Positions 1 to 10,895 of a DNA stretch of 64,000 bases are shown in pieces. The position numbers and the translations under genes are program-made. The stretch is taken from positions 32,001-96,000 of the IMG/VR virus record IMGVR_UViG_3300036791_001907; one strand, given 5' to 3'. The notes beneath the pieces are model-generated. The model was not told where the DNA came from. It did no database searches and saw only the letters and a program-made list of their open reading frames with translations. Each line of letters opens with the position of its first letter. Within the stretch, counting starts at the first letter, position 1. The DNA comes from a virus.

Positions 1-474
1 AGCAACGGTACCCTGCGGGTCTACGATGTCCTGGCGCTGCAAGGGGCCAGGCCCACCGGCGAGGTCCAGCTCGAACAGATCCTGTTCGATGCGGATGCCG
101 CCGGCATGCTCTGCACCGGGATCCAGAAGCTGGCCCAGCGGTTCGTCCTGGAGCTGCTCACCGAAAAGGGCTCCATGCGCTACCTGCCCAGCCGCGGCAC
201 CACGTTCATGACCCAGCTCCGCCAGGGTTACCTCCGTACCGAGACTGATGTCTTCATCGCGTTTAACCTTGCCCTGAACGATCTCGAGCTGAACCTGACC
301 GCGGAGGATGCGACCACGGACGCGCCCGACGAGCAGTACGCCAGCGCCACGCTCAATAGCGTGACGATCCTGGCCGGGACCGTGGTCCTGCACGTGACGC
401 TCATGAGCATGGCCGGCATCGCGCGCCAGGTGGTCATGCCGGTCTCGACCACACCGGGCATCGTCCCGAGCTAA
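1..474 (+). CDS. Baseplate wedge / gp25(W)-like protein, 5'-truncated by the window edge
   Basis: Frame 1 is open from base 1 to TAA at 474. 'TGIQKLAQRFVLELLTEKGS..Y.P.RGT.F' is typical of gp25-like proteins, and it lies directly upstream of the J-like gene. Confidence 0.65.
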   Translation, partial: SNGTLRVYDVLALQGARPTGEVQLEQILFDADAAGMLCTGIQKLAQRFVLELLTEKGSMRYLPSRGTTFMTQLRQGYLRTETDVFIAFNLALNDLELNLTAEDATTDAPDEQYASATLNSVTILAGTVVLHVTLMSMAGIARQVVMPVSTTPGIVPS

Positions 475-485
475 CGGAGACACCC

Positions 486-2147
486 ATGGCCGACATCCTC
501 GATGTGCTCGACCTGTCGACGATCGACCCCACGCTCGTGGACCTGGTGCACCAGCAGATCTCCGAGCGGATGGCGGAACAGTTCCCCGAGCTGGAGATCA
601 AACGGGGAGTTATTCATGATATCGTCCTGTATCTGATGTCGATCCTGGGTGCCGAGCAACGGACCCGGATGCAACTGATCTTGCAATCCAACAGCCTGCT
701 GTCGATCTCCCAGAACCCGGCGCTGAGCGACGACACCACCGTCGATCTGCTGCTCTCGAACTTCCGGATCACCCGCGAGCCCGGCGCGCCCGCCGCCGGT
801 ACGATCACCATCATTCTCAGCGCGCTGACACCGGTCGTGATCCCGGCGGCCGCCCTGTTCTCTTCCGGCACCATGACGTTCACGCCCGGCCAGGCCTACG
901 CGGCGCGGATCAACGCCGCCACGGCCACCACCGATACGGACCGCGTGCTCTACCCGCTGGGCGACGGCACTTACGCATTTTCAATACCGGTGACGGCCAC
1001 GGCGGCGGGTTCGGCCGGCATGCTCCGCCGCGGCGCCGGCCTGACGCCCCTGGACCCCATCCCCTACTTCGACCGGGCGTTCGCCGAGAGCGACTTCACG
1101 GGTGGTTTCGACCCGGAAACCAACCAGGACATGCTCAACCAGCTCCAGAGCGGCATGGCGGCCCAGGCGTGGTCGAACCGGGTCACGATCGACGCCTCGA
1201 TCCGCGCCATGCCCGAGTTCTCCCGCATCCTTCAGACCTCGATCATCGGCGCCGGCGATCCCGAGATGCTCCGCGACAAGCATACGGTGATGCCGATCGC
1301 CAACTTCGGCCGGGTCGATCTCTATGTTCGCACCCAGGCGCTGCCGGCGTCGCGCACCCTGACCTACACGGCCACCTTCATCCAGGCCACTTCCGGCGGC
1401 GGGATCTGGCAGTTCTCGGTCGCCTCGGCCGACGCCCCCAGCTTCTACGTGGTCGACCGGGTCGGGCCGCCGCTGGGGCCACAGGATGATGCGGGTTACG
1501 AGATCACCAGCGACATTCGCGGCGTGGATCTGAACTACCCCGGTTTCGTGCCCGACATCATGAACCCGCTGGAGGCGACCTATAGCCGCTATCAGGCGGC
1601 GACCGTCCAGTTCCTGGACACGGACACGCCGGTTACCGGCCTGGTTCCGAACCAGTCCACCGCGCAGTACTCCGTCTCGCTCCTGCTGATGCCCCTGATC
1701 GACGCGATCCAGGATACCGTCTCCGGCCGCTCCTTCGGCGCCCCGGCCGGGGACTGCCTGGTCAAGGCCCCGGTCCCCTGCTTCCTGACGCTCAGCTTCA
1801 ACATCAACAAGCGGGCCACCGTGATCGTCGATCAGCCGACCATCGATGGCATCAGTACGTCCGTGGCCAGTCTGGTCAACTCGCTGGGCTTCATCGGCCA
1901 GCTCTACGCCAGCCTGCTGGCCGAGACGATCCAGCAACAGCTGCCCGATGGCGCCTACCTCGGCGCCATCGATATGTTCGGAACCATCCGGCTGCCGGAC
2001 GGCACGATCCGGCGGATCCGCAGCCCGGAGGTCCTTGAAGTCCCTGATATCCCTGCGCTGATGGTCACCGCGCGCACGGTGATCTTTCTGCTCGACCCGC
2101 TCGACATCGGTATCTCCGTGATCGATGTGGACATGCCCGACATCTAA
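486..2147 (+). CDS. Baseplate J-like wedge protein
   Basis: 553 aa with RBS GGAG. Has 'NFRITREPGAPAAGTITI', 'TGGFDPETNQDML' and 'GRVDLYV' segments characteristic of baseplate J/gp6 proteins. Confidence 0.8.
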   Translation: MADILDVLDLSTIDPTLVDLVHQQISERMAEQFPELEIKRGVIHDIVLYLMSILGAEQRTRMQLILQSNSLLSISQNPALSDDTTVDLLLSNFRITREPGAPAAGTITIILSALTPVVIPAAALFSSGTMTFTPGQAYAARINAATATTDTDRVLYPLGDGTYAFSIPVTATAAGSAGMLRRGAGLTPLDPIPYFDRAFAESDFTGGFDPETNQDMLNQLQSGMAAQAWSNRVTIDASIRAMPEFSRILQTSIIGAGDPEMLRDKHTVMPIANFGRVDLYVRTQALPASRTLTYTATFIQATSGGGIWQFSVASADAPSFYVVDRVGPPLGPQDDAGYEITSDIRGVDLNYPGFVPDIMNPLEATYSRYQAATVQFLDTDTPVTGLVPNQSTAQYSVSLLLMPLIDAIQDTVSGRSFGAPAGDCLVKAPVPCFLTLSFNINKRATVIVDQPTIDGISTSVASLVNSLGFIGQLYASLLAETIQQQLPDGAYLGAIDMFGTIRLPDGTIRRIRSPEVLEVPDIPALMVTARTVIFLLDPLDIGISVIDVDMPDI

Positions 2148-2156
2148 GGAGGAGTC

Positions 2157-2642
2157 ATGACGACCGCCATTCTCCAGGGACATCGACAATGCGTTCGCGA
2201 CTTCATCGACACTGTGCTGGAGGCCCACTATAACCTGGGCGCAGCCCGGCCCACGCTGGCCGGCCTGGTCGCTTGTCTGACCGATGAGGAGATCACTGGC
2301 CCGTCGCGCGACGAGCCACTGGCTGTAGCGCCTGAGTTCCGTCAGCCCCATCCGACCGGCTGGCTCCGCCGCGACCACGGCAGCGCCGGCGTCTGGGCAC
2401 ATCTGCCGGACACGGGATGTTACCTGCACTTCCCGGATCGGTTCGCAGTCCGCTACAAGTTCGAGGTCAGCGGTGACTACGCGGCGCTGTCACTCCAGGC
2501 GGCGCCGCCGCTTCCGGGATTCGTGTTTTCGGAGAACTTCGTCGAGGTTCCGATCGGTCGGCTGATCATCGACGCGACGCTGATCACGATCCTCGTGCTC
2601 GATCATTCTCCGCATCAGGACGTTGAGATCCTCGTCTCATGA
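2157..2642 (+). CDS. Hypothetical protein
   Basis: Strong RBS (AAGGAGGAG); stop overlaps the next start. Confidence 0.6.
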   Translation: MTTAILQGHRQCVRDFIDTVLEAHYNLGAARPTLAGLVACLTDEEITGPSRDEPLAVAPEFRQPHPTGWLRRDHGSAGVWAHLPDTGCYLHFPDRFAVRYKFEVSGDYAALSLQAAPPLPGFVFSENFVEVPIGRLIIDATLITILVLDHSPHQDVEILVS

Positions 2643-4159
2643 CCTACGCCTACGTCGACAGCGATCTGCACAATGCCCGCAAGCTGCTCTCCTTCCTGGG
2701 CAGCTTCTGGGGCGACACGTACCAGGGAGTCGACCAGATCGTCGCGTACTGCGCCGATCTGGGCGAGGCCGGCTACCAGGCCAGCATCGACCTGTCGGAG
2801 GTGATCAACGCGGTCGGCCGCCATACCGTGCCGGTGTACCACACGGAGCAGTGGCAGGTTTATTACCTGCTCGGGTCCCAGAAGGGCATCGCCCCGGTCA
2901 GCTACGGCGCTCCGGGGGCCGGCAGCTTCGGCGGCAGCCTGGTCTACGGCTCCAGCGGCGGCGCGCCGGCCTACTCCTGGACCTGTCCGGTCACCACGGT
3001 CGACCTGATCTTCAACCGCATCTACGAGCCGTCCGCCACCTTGACGCGCGGCGTGGACTTCGACATCACCGCCGGCCGGCTGGTCTTCCGCGCTGACCCG
3101 TTCGCCGATCCGCGGTTCATCGCGCAGCCGGTCATCGACGATACCGGCCAGGAGGTCGACAGCCAGCTGGCGCTGTGGCTGTTCCGGCCGGCCATCGATC
3201 AGGAGTTCATCTGGACCCAGTTCGGCTACGTCATGGGTATCCGCCTGGCGTCGTCCCAGGACTACAAGGACCTGGTCAACGCGCTCCTGGATGCGATCGT
3301 CGGCTGCACGGCGGCCGATCAGCTGCTCGCCGCGCTGGCCGCCGTGACGGACTGTCCGCTGGCCCGCGGCAATGAAGTCGTCGAGGACATCGCCATCGTT
3401 GCCGATGAACTTCTGGTGATCACCGATGGCTGGGTTTACCGGTACTCGACGGCATGTACGGCCGTCGTTGCCATCGGTGATCAGCTCACCGCCGGCGACG
3501 CGCTCGTCGACACGGTCGAGACCCATTACCTGAACCACGGCACGGTGCCGGACTGGCTGGATGCGCTGTCGGTCGGGCACAACCTGCTGCTGGCCAGCTA
3601 CCTGTCGGACATCATCTTCAGCAACACCGAGACGCCCCTTGTTGTCGAGCTGAATGTTGACGGCTACACCAGGGTCAGCTGGGCCCTGGGCGGGTTCCCG
3701 GCCGACGTGACCGAGTTCTGGGACCAGGTCCACAGCCGCGGGGTGTCCAGCGGCACGACCCTGGCCCACCTGCTCGATGTCCGGACCAGTCCGGTCGGCG
3801 AGCCGACGGCGGCCAGTCTGCCGGCGACGATCAATCCGCTCGAGTTCCTGGCGGCCAACTACTTGCGGCACAACGCCCTGCTAGTCAGGATCAGGACCGG
3901 CGGCTTCGGCCCGGGAGCGCTGGGCCTGGAACAGCTCCGCCATCTGCGGCGGATCATACCACCCCATGAGCTGGTCCTGATCGTGATCGAGATGCCGGTC
4001 GTGTCGGACTCTGTTACAGTGGACCAGGTCGCTGAGGCCCTGCTATCCTACAGCGCCGCAGAGCCGCTCTATGAGGTCGCTGATCCGAGCCTCATCGGCG
4101 ACGGGCCAGCCACCGGGAGCGTGGTCCTGGGCACCTGTTACGCGAGGGCTGGTTCATGA
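2639..4159 (+). CDS. Putative baseplate wedge/tail structural protein
   Basis: 506 aa, ATGA-coupled in the baseplate operon. 'FIWTQFGYVMGI...YKDLVNALLDA' resembles gpI/gp7-like wedge proteins; function inferred from position. Confidence 0.55.
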   Translation: MTYAYVDSDLHNARKLLSFLGSFWGDTYQGVDQIVAYCADLGEAGYQASIDLSEVINAVGRHTVPVYHTEQWQVYYLLGSQKGIAPVSYGAPGAGSFGGSLVYGSSGGAPAYSWTCPVTTVDLIFNRIYEPSATLTRGVDFDITAGRLVFRADPFADPRFIAQPVIDDTGQEVDSQLALWLFRPAIDQEFIWTQFGYVMGIRLASSQDYKDLVNALLDAIVGCTAADQLLAALAAVTDCPLARGNEVVEDIAIVADELLVITDGWVYRYSTACTAVVAIGDQLTAGDALVDTVETHYLNHGTVPDWLDALSVGHNLLLASYLSDIIFSNTETPLVVELNVDGYTRVSWALGGFPADVTEFWDQVHSRGVSSGTTLAHLLDVRTSPVGEPTAASLPATINPLEFLAANYLRHNALLVRIRTGGFGPGALGLEQLRHLRRIIPPHELVLIVIEMPVVSDSVTVDQVAEALLSYSAAEPLYEVADPSLIGDGPATGSVVLGTCYARAGS

Positions 4160-4413
4160 TGACGACAACCGGCGCAGCCGGACCCGAGCGGCTCTTTCGC
4201 GAGACCAGGCCCGGCGATACCTTCCAGGCCATCTGGAAAGGGAAGCGCGGCGACTACATGACCCTGGACCTGGCCCGGGCCGCACCGGACAGCAACAAGC
4301 CATGGGACTACCGGGCGGCGGCTCATCTTGAGACTGGCGAGGTGGTCTGGTTCGCGGACACTCAGATGGTCGCCATGACCCAGATGAAGGCGGTTCCCCT
4401 GACGAACACCTAG
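4156..4413 (+). CDS. Hypothetical protein
   Basis: 85 aa ORF translationally coupled to the upstream gene. Confidence 0.5.
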   Translation: MMTTTGAAGPERLFRETRPGDTFQAIWKGKRGDYMTLDLARAAPDSNKPWDYRAAAHLETGEVVWFADTQMVAMTQMKAVPLTNT

Positions 4414-4429
4414 CAAGGACGCAACTTCC

Positions 4430-5020
4430 ATGGACGGACCCAGGGCTGGCGGCAAGCACATCGCCTTCCATGTCGACGACCGGACCAGGATCTGGACTCC
4501 GATCCAGCGCCTGCACACTCCGAACACGCTGCTCTACACCTGGGGCTACATCGTCGCGCGCTCGGTCGGGATGGGCGATCCGAACTACCGGGTCGCCTGG
4601 GCCTACCTCGAGTTCGAGAACAACTCCGGCACCATTTCCGTCCCATCGTTCAGCCGCGCCGATGGGCTCCAGTACTACATGGATCTGTCATCCAGCTCGG
4701 TCCGGGACTACCTCCGGGTGCCGATCCGGCCCTACCCCGAGATCGTCGTCGCCCCCGGCTTCGAGCAGTACCTGGACCCGAGTCAGGGCAACCAGTGCAT
4801 CTTCTACGCGCAGAGCGCAGGTGGTACCGGGGTGCATGGCCGGCCATTCTCGGATGGGGTGCAGTCCAAGGTCTTCGGGATCGCCCTGGCGGCCGGCCCG
4901 GCTCCCAATGATCCGTCGCAGGACGTGCTCTTCGCCCGCAGCTACTACGACCCGGCGAACCAGGTCCCCAAGGTGCCCTCGGGACAGATCGGCGTCCAGT
5001 ATCCAATGACCTTCGAGTGA
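4430..5020 (+). CDS. Putative tail/baseplate structural protein
   Basis: 196 aa with RBS, in the tail operon. Confidence 0.5.
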   Translation: MDGPRAGGKHIAFHVDDRTRIWTPIQRLHTPNTLLYTWGYIVARSVGMGDPNYRVAWAYLEFENNSGTISVPSFSRADGLQYYMDLSSSSVRDYLRVPIRPYPEIVVAPGFEQYLDPSQGNQCIFYAQSAGGTGVHGRPFSDGVQSKVFGIALAAGPAPNDPSQDVLFARSYYDPANQVPKVPSGQIGVQYPMTFE

Positions 5021-5038
5021 GCGCTCAGGGAGGAGCTG

Positions 5039-6853
5039 ATGCCCGGGACATGGATCAACCGCATCCAGCACGTCAACGACGGCGAGCCCGTCAGCGGCGC
5101 CGTCGACAGCCGGCCGACCCGCGGCCTCGAAGGCAACACCCAGTACCTCAAGGACCGGCTTGACTCCGCCGAGCTGGGCGAAGGGGTCTGCGCCTACGGT
5201 GAGACGGTCGAGGCCGCGGCGGCCGTCGGCATGCCCGTCTACCGCAACAGCGTCACGGCGCAGTACGAGCGGGCCTTCGCCGCCGTCGTGCCGGACCCGG
5301 CGACCGGTGTGCTCGTGCCGGCCCCGTCCTGCGACTGCGTGGGCATCATCATCTTCAAGTACAACGCCACCCTGGCCGACATCCTCCTGGGCGGCCAGCG
5401 GCAGGTCGATCTTTCGGCGGCCGTCGATCCCACGCTGCTCGTCGATGGCGTGGCGCTCCCGGGCCGGTATTACCTGTCCAGCGCCACGCCCGGCATGCTC
5501 GTCCAGCAGCGTCCCCCCGTCTCGGTCTCGGTGCTGGTCTACACCGATGACGGCCTGGCGATCGTCCAGCCGGTGCAGCGCGACTTCCTCGAAGACCACA
5601 TTCATTACAAGGTCCAGCTCTATGCGCAGCCGGCCGGAACCAATGTCATCAGCGCGGGCCGCCACTCGGTGGGTTCACCGGACCCGACCCTGCCGGGCTG
5701 GCTGCCGGCCGGCCACCCCAGCTTCAACGGCCGGGCGCCGACCGGCGCCGCGTTCGGTTACAACCTGGCGGCGCACCCGCAGCTCTCGCGGATCTTCCCG
5801 CCGATCCCCCCGTCGGGAGCGGTCGTCTACCTCGATCGCGGCGAGGACAGTACCGGCGGCAAGCTGGTCCCCATGGGTCCCGGCGGCCTGTGCTCAGTCG
5901 ACTCGTTCGGCATCTGGTGGATGAGCGACTGTCAGGATGATGCCCCCTGGCCTGTGAACTGGTCCGCCCCCATCAACGACCAGACCGGTAACGCATCCAG
6001 CGGCCCCGAATGCCCGCGGATCGTGGACTTCGTGATCACGCTGTCCTACACCATGATGGTCTTCACCACCGAGCGCACCTGTGTGACCAGCTTGCAGCCA
6101 GCCGAGGGCAGCCCGCTGGTGTTCACCGACTGCGACGGCGATCCCGCGACGACCGGCGATCTGCTGGCCGACATGGATCTCAGGTTCCTGGTCGGCCCCG
6201 GCCCGGTCACCGGCAGCCTGGTCTTCAAGGAGCTGGACGGCGCCACCTTCTATCAGGGCCTCGTGGTCGAGGGGCTGACGGCCGGCCCCGGCTGCGCGCT
6301 CTCCTCCACGAACCCGACGCCCCAACCCGGCGGCGGCACCCTCCATCAGGGGATCGTCCAGGTCGCGATCGACACGGCGCCCGCGGAGCAGGAATTGCCG
6401 GTCGACCTGATCCGGCTGGCGCAGACCGAGGAGCGGTTCTATCTCGAGATCCCCTACATCGGGTTTGACCCCGGGGTCTCGACCAGCCTGCGAATGCGTT
6501 TCTACGTCCCTCCCGACGGCCTGCCCGCCAGCCCCATGGTGGCGCTGCGGATGCAGCTCCTGGGCCGGTCCGCCGGCACGCTGCCGCAGCTCACCGTGAC
6601 CTACCGGATCCTGCCGCGGCCGCAGGTGGCGACCAACCTGCCGGACATGACCGCCGAGCAGGCCATGCAGATCGTCACCAACGTGCCGGTCGGGGCCAAC
6701 CAGTACATCGAGGTCCAGGGTACGGCGTTCTCCGTCAGCGCTGGCGACACGATCCTGGTCAACCTGGTGCGGAGCAACAACGACGGCTACACCGATGAGG
6801 TCGGGTTGCTCCGCCCGGTCGGCATCCTGACGGGCACGGGCCCGGGGAGCTGA
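5039..6853 (+). CDS. Putative tail fibre/baseplate-attached structural protein
   Basis: 604 aa, RBS GGAGG. N-terminal 'DGEPVSGAVDSRPTRGLEGNTQYLKDRL' resembles tail-fibre anchoring N-termini. Confidence 0.55.
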   Translation: MPGTWINRIQHVNDGEPVSGAVDSRPTRGLEGNTQYLKDRLDSAELGEGVCAYGETVEAAAAVGMPVYRNSVTAQYERAFAAVVPDPATGVLVPAPSCDCVGIIIFKYNATLADILLGGQRQVDLSAAVDPTLLVDGVALPGRYYLSSATPGMLVQQRPPVSVSVLVYTDDGLAIVQPVQRDFLEDHIHYKVQLYAQPAGTNVISAGRHSVGSPDPTLPGWLPAGHPSFNGRAPTGAAFGYNLAAHPQLSRIFPPIPPSGAVVYLDRGEDSTGGKLVPMGPGGLCSVDSFGIWWMSDCQDDAPWPVNWSAPINDQTGNASSGPECPRIVDFVITLSYTMMVFTTERTCVTSLQPAEGSPLVFTDCDGDPATTGDLLADMDLRFLVGPGPVTGSLVFKELDGATFYQGLVVEGLTAGPGCALSSTNPTPQPGGGTLHQGIVQVAIDTAPAEQELPVDLIRLAQTEERFYLEIPYIGFDPGVSTSLRMRFYVPPDGLPASPMVALRMQLLGRSAGTLPQLTVTYRILPRPQVATNLPDMTAEQAMQIVTNVPVGANQYIEVQGTAFSVSAGDTILVNLVRSNNDGYTDEVGLLRPVGILTGTGPGS

Positions 6854-6854
6854 C

Positions 6855-7802
6855 ATGCCGACCGGGATCTGGAACTTAGAGTTTTTGAACCACAACTCGC
6901 AGCGGTCCTACCCGCTGGCCGAGGATGCCACCAAGACGGACCTGACGGGCACGTTCACGCTGCCTGACGACTTCATCGTCGAGCTTTACTTCCCCATCAA
7001 CGCCGGCAACGACGTCGACGCCGACCTGTTCTTCATCGCCTCGATCGCGGTCTTCGCAACCGGTTTCAATATCTCTATTGGTTACAATGACGGTTCCGCA
7101 AACCCGCCCATCGTTGCCTCGGCGATCATCAGCCAGACCACCTTCACGCCCAACCTGTCCTACGCGCTGCCCGGCGTCGAGCCGTTCGACGACTCGGTGG
7201 GCAAGATCGTCATCGGCCGGCTCGACTCGATCAACCTCCAGCCCTCCGGCCAGTTCTTCTTCAGCTACGAGGGGGGCAAGCTTGATAGCGACGCCATCCG
7301 GCCCCAGATCCGCGGCATCCAGTCGATCCGCGTCCTCAACAATGGCGAACTCAGCGACCGCCTGACGGGGCATGTGATCCTCTCGGCGGGCACCAACTTC
7401 CAGATCTCGGTCACCCAGGTAGCCGGCCAGCCTGCCCAGATCCGCTTCGATGCCGTCGACGGCGCCGGCCTGACCGAGAGCTGCGACTGCGAAGGTACGA
7501 TCAGCGGGCCGATCATGACGATCAACGGCCTGGCACCTGATATCAATGGTAACTTCGCCCTGGTCGGCAACCAGTGCCTCGATATCGAGCCGATCTCGAA
7601 CGGTCTTCAGCTCACCGACACCTGCTCGACGCCCTGTTGCGGCTGCACCGAGCTGGAGCAGATCACCCAGGAACTCCAGATCATCGGCAGCGGCGCGGCG
7701 ACCGTCGACAACTTCGTCCAGCAGCTTGCCGTCCAGATGAATACTTTTAGTCAAGTGATATTGGGTTCGCGCTTGAACGATCAGGGGTGCATGCAGTCCT
7801 AG
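6855..7802 (+). CDS. Structural protein, paralog family member 1 (Cys-rich)
   Basis: N-terminal 'EFLNHNSQRSYPL', internal 'TINGLAPDINGNFAL', 'CSTPCCGC'. Confidence 0.55.
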   Translation: MPTGIWNLEFLNHNSQRSYPLAEDATKTDLTGTFTLPDDFIVELYFPINAGNDVDADLFFIASIAVFATGFNISIGYNDGSANPPIVASAIISQTTFTPNLSYALPGVEPFDDSVGKIVIGRLDSINLQPSGQFFFSYEGGKLDSDAIRPQIRGIQSIRVLNNGELSDRLTGHVILSAGTNFQISVTQVAGQPAQIRFDAVDGAGLTESCDCEGTISGPIMTINGLAPDINGNFALVGNQCLDIEPISNGLQLTDTCSTPCCGCTELEQITQELQIIGSGAATVDNFVQQLAVQMNTFSQVILGSRLNDQGCMQS

Positions 7803-7814
7803 AGGGCGACGCTG

Positions 7815-9152
7815 ATGTTGGTTCTCCCGACCGGCGGCATGGGTATCGGCGTCGAGGCCGAAGGGTCCAACTTTCCCTTCGTGGCTCCGAGCAGCGATAT
7901 CCAGGGTCTGCTTGCCGACCTCTGGGTGACGACCGATATCCCGTTCGCGCCGCCGCTGACCGTGACCCGGCTGGCGGGCTTCCAGGAAGCCTTCGATGGT
8001 TTGCCGTCGGCGGCCGGCATCACGATCACTGACGCCCAGAGCGCGACCGTCTTCGACTCGACCGGCGCGACCTACTGGTGGAAGGACTGGGGCGCCCGGC
8101 TGCGGATCCACGAGTGGCTCTTCGCGGGCTCGGTCTGCCGGGTCGTGCAGCACCGGGCCGTCCCCGCGGTCCGGGCGCCGTGGCCCGAGGAGATCGTGCC
8201 CGCCAGCGGCGTGCTCGACGAACGCACCTCGGAGCTGATGTCCCAGCGGCTGCTGGTCCTGAGCGAGGCGTCCAGCGGCGCGGCGGTCACGGGCGAGATC
8301 ACGCTGGCCGCCGGCTATAACATCGTGATCAGTGAAGCGCCCTATGCCGAGCCGCTGCGGAACACGACCATGCTGACCTTTAGCGCCATTCCCGGTAACG
8401 GTCTGGGCCGTGCCCCTGGTTGCCTGGCCCCCAGCAGCGCCATCCGCGCGATCAATGGCGTCAAGCCCGACGCACAGGGCAACTTCGCGCTCGCCGCCGG
8501 CCAGTGCTACTTTGTCCGGCAGCCGGTCAATGTCGTCGGCGCGCAGGGCGTGCCGATCGCGGCCACCCTGGACCTGGGCAACGACTGCGGGCCGTGCTGC
8601 GAATGCGACGACTTCGTCAATGTCCAGCAGGCCATCCTCAACATCGAAACACAGGTGCGGGGCACAGGGGCGCTGGCCGAGGCCACGCGTGATGAGATGA
8701 ACACGGGCATCGAACGATGGAACCAGCAGAAGGAATGTCGCGAAAGCCATGCGGTGTCGACGACGGCGGGCACCACGGCGCGGCTCTACGCCGACATCAA
8801 CATCCTGATCGGCAACCCGACGAACCAGTGCATGACCGAGCTCATGGTGAGCTTCACGGTCGTGACCCAGCCGGCGGGGCACTGGAGCGTGGTCCCGGGC
8901 ACGACCTACATCTCGGAGGCCAACTCGGCGGCGATGATCCCCTACCAGCTGGTCGGGCCCACTCCGAGCGGCGCCGCGGCCGCCCATCTCGACGCGATCA
9001 ATCCCGGATCCTCCGGCCGGGTGCGCACCCGGCTCGTCTGGGACTACCCGATGCCGCCGGGAACGATGCTCACCGTCACGGTGAAGGTCGACGGCCGGTC
9101 TGCCGGCAACCTGTTCCCGCAGTACGCCGCGTACACGACCATCATGACCTGA
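7815..9152 (+). CDS. Structural protein, paralog family member 2 (Cys-rich)
   Basis: 'AINGVKPDAQGNFAL' and 'CGPCCECDD' shared with neighbours. Confidence 0.55.
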   Translation: MLVLPTGGMGIGVEAEGSNFPFVAPSSDIQGLLADLWVTTDIPFAPPLTVTRLAGFQEAFDGLPSAAGITITDAQSATVFDSTGATYWWKDWGARLRIHEWLFAGSVCRVVQHRAVPAVRAPWPEEIVPASGVLDERTSELMSQRLLVLSEASSGAAVTGEITLAAGYNIVISEAPYAEPLRNTTMLTFSAIPGNGLGRAPGCLAPSSAIRAINGVKPDAQGNFALAAGQCYFVRQPVNVVGAQGVPIAATLDLGNDCGPCCECDDFVNVQQAILNIETQVRGTGALAEATRDEMNTGIERWNQQKECRESHAVSTTAGTTARLYADINILIGNPTNQCMTELMVSFTVVTQPAGHWSVVPGTTYISEANSAAMIPYQLVGPTPSGAAAAHLDAINPGSSGRVRTRLVWDYPMPPGTMLTVTVKVDGRSAGNLFPQYAAYTTIMT

Positions 9153-9164
9153 GCGAGGAATTCC

Positions 9165-10895
9165 GTGGGTGCCATCAGCCAGGACTGGTACGCCGGTAAC
9201 GCGACCCGCGCCTACCCGCTCGACGACGCCGCGACGGCGCGCGACGACGCTGGTCTGGAGCTGCCGCCACAGATCCTGGTCGACTGTCGCGTTCGCTTCC
9301 CGCTCGACCTGGGGCAATTCGCCTACCTGGGGGGCGTGACCGTCGGGCCTGCCATTGTGACCGCCATCTTGATGGCCGCCCCGGACTCAGTCCGGCCACC
9401 GGCGGACGTGCCCCCCTACGGCACGCCCCTCCAGCCCCTGGGGGCCGTCTCGCTGCCGCGGCCGGTCGTACCCAACCGCCATTACCCGATCCAGCCGCTG
9501 GCCGACGGCGTCGGCGGCTGGATCGTGTTCGGCCGCGGGATCGATGAGTTCTACTCGGGCCGGTTCTCGACGCCGGCCCAGTCGCTGCTCCTGCCCCGGG
9601 TCGCCTCGGCCTATCATCCCCTGCCCATTCCCACCCTGGGCAAGCTGGGGCTGGCCGATGCGCTGACCGGCGTGGTCCAGCTTCTGGGCGGCACCGATCT
9701 GGAGGTCGTGCAGGACCTGCGCACCATCAATGGCGCCGAGGTTAGCGCCGTCATCATGCGGTTGACCGACAGCCTGAACCGCAACGTCTACCAGTTCTAC
9801 ACGGGTCCCTGCGACGGCCGCCCCGAGAGCCAGAGCTGCGGCACGCCGGTGCTTGAGTCGATCAACTCGGTTTCCCCCGACTGCAATGGGAACCTGACCA
9901 TTGACTTCAGAGGTGTGGATATCTATCCGTTCGAGGGGGGCGGCGGCCTCGCCCTGGATCTGGCGCTGGGCCTGGCCGATGTCTGTACCGGGCAAGACTA
10001 CTTGCCCGATGACACCGGCAAGCTCCCCAGCGACTACACGGGCGACTGCGCGCCGCCCGAACCACCCGTATCACCCACACCCACACCCACACCAACGCCG
10101 CCATTGCCGAGCGGCTGCACGGCGCTGCCCTTCTACGACAGCTTCGATGAGCCGGTCCTGTCCAATGCCTGGGTCATCTCCAACGGCGCCTTCGGCTTCG
10201 AGGCCGATGACTCGCCGGGCGAGCCCTTCGGTCTGATGGCACCGGGCACGGGCGCGCCGCTGCCCGGCCATCCTCCTGGTATTCCGGGGCTGCCCCCCTT
10301 GCACCGGGCGCAGGCGATCGCAGCCCTGGGCGGCACCCCGATCAACCAGTGCTATTCCGCGACCAGCCAGTCGCAGCGCAACGTGGTGGCATGGGACTGC
10401 GACTATGACTACCGGACGACGGACCTGACCTGCCTGACCCATCTCAAGCTGATGCCCGGGCCCCAGATCAATGGCGGCATCGTGTTCAACTACAACGGGA
10501 GCGACTCTCGCTCGGGCGGCCGGCCGACCTACAACATCGCCTCGGTCAACCCGGTCAGCGGCTACCTGGAGATCGACGCCTACACCGGTTACTCCATGCT
10601 GCCGCTGGTCATCGGGTGGTCATTCGCCGCCTACAATATCCCGCTTCCCCGCGCCGGCGACTGGTACGCGCTCCAGATCCGCACCCGGCCCGCTCCGATC
10701 GCCGGCTGGGCCTCGCGGATGCTGATCGACCTGACGCTCAGCGGGGTCTCGGACCCGCATTTCCCGGTGATGAGCATCCCCAACCAGCCCATCGGCGGTA
10801 ACACCGCGTCCCCCGCGCCCAGCAAGTTTGGCCTCGGTGCATACAACGCCTACACCCGGTTCAGCTTCTTCTCCCTGGAGGTGACCCCGCCATGA
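9165..10895 (+). CDS. Structural protein, paralog family member 3, with PT linker and C-terminal beta-rich (lectin-like?) domain
   Basis: GTG start. 'DWYAGNATRAYPL', 'SINSVSPDCNGNLTI', PTPTPTPT linker at about 10072-10100. Confidence 0.55.
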   Translation: MGAISQDWYAGNATRAYPLDDAATARDDAGLELPPQILVDCRVRFPLDLGQFAYLGGVTVGPAIVTAILMAAPDSVRPPADVPPYGTPLQPLGAVSLPRPVVPNRHYPIQPLADGVGGWIVFGRGIDEFYSGRFSTPAQSLLLPRVASAYHPLPIPTLGKLGLADALTGVVQLLGGTDLEVVQDLRTINGAEVSAVIMRLTDSLNRNVYQFYTGPCDGRPESQSCGTPVLESINSVSPDCNGNLTIDFRGVDIYPFEGGGGLALDLALGLADVCTGQDYLPDDTGKLPSDYTGDCAPPEPPVSPTPTPTPTPPLPSGCTALPFYDSFDEPVLSNAWVISNGAFGFEADDSPGEPFGLMAPGTGAPLPGHPPGIPGLPPLHRAQAIAALGGTPINQCYSATSQSQRNVVAWDCDYDYRTTDLTCLTHLKLMPGPQINGGIVFNYNGSDSRSGGRPTYNIASVNPVSGYLEIDAYTGYSMLPLVIGWSFAAYNIPLPRAGDWYALQIRTRPAPIAGWASRMLIDLTLSGVSDPHFPVMSIPNQPIGGNTASPAPSKFGLGAYNAYTRFSFFSLEVTPP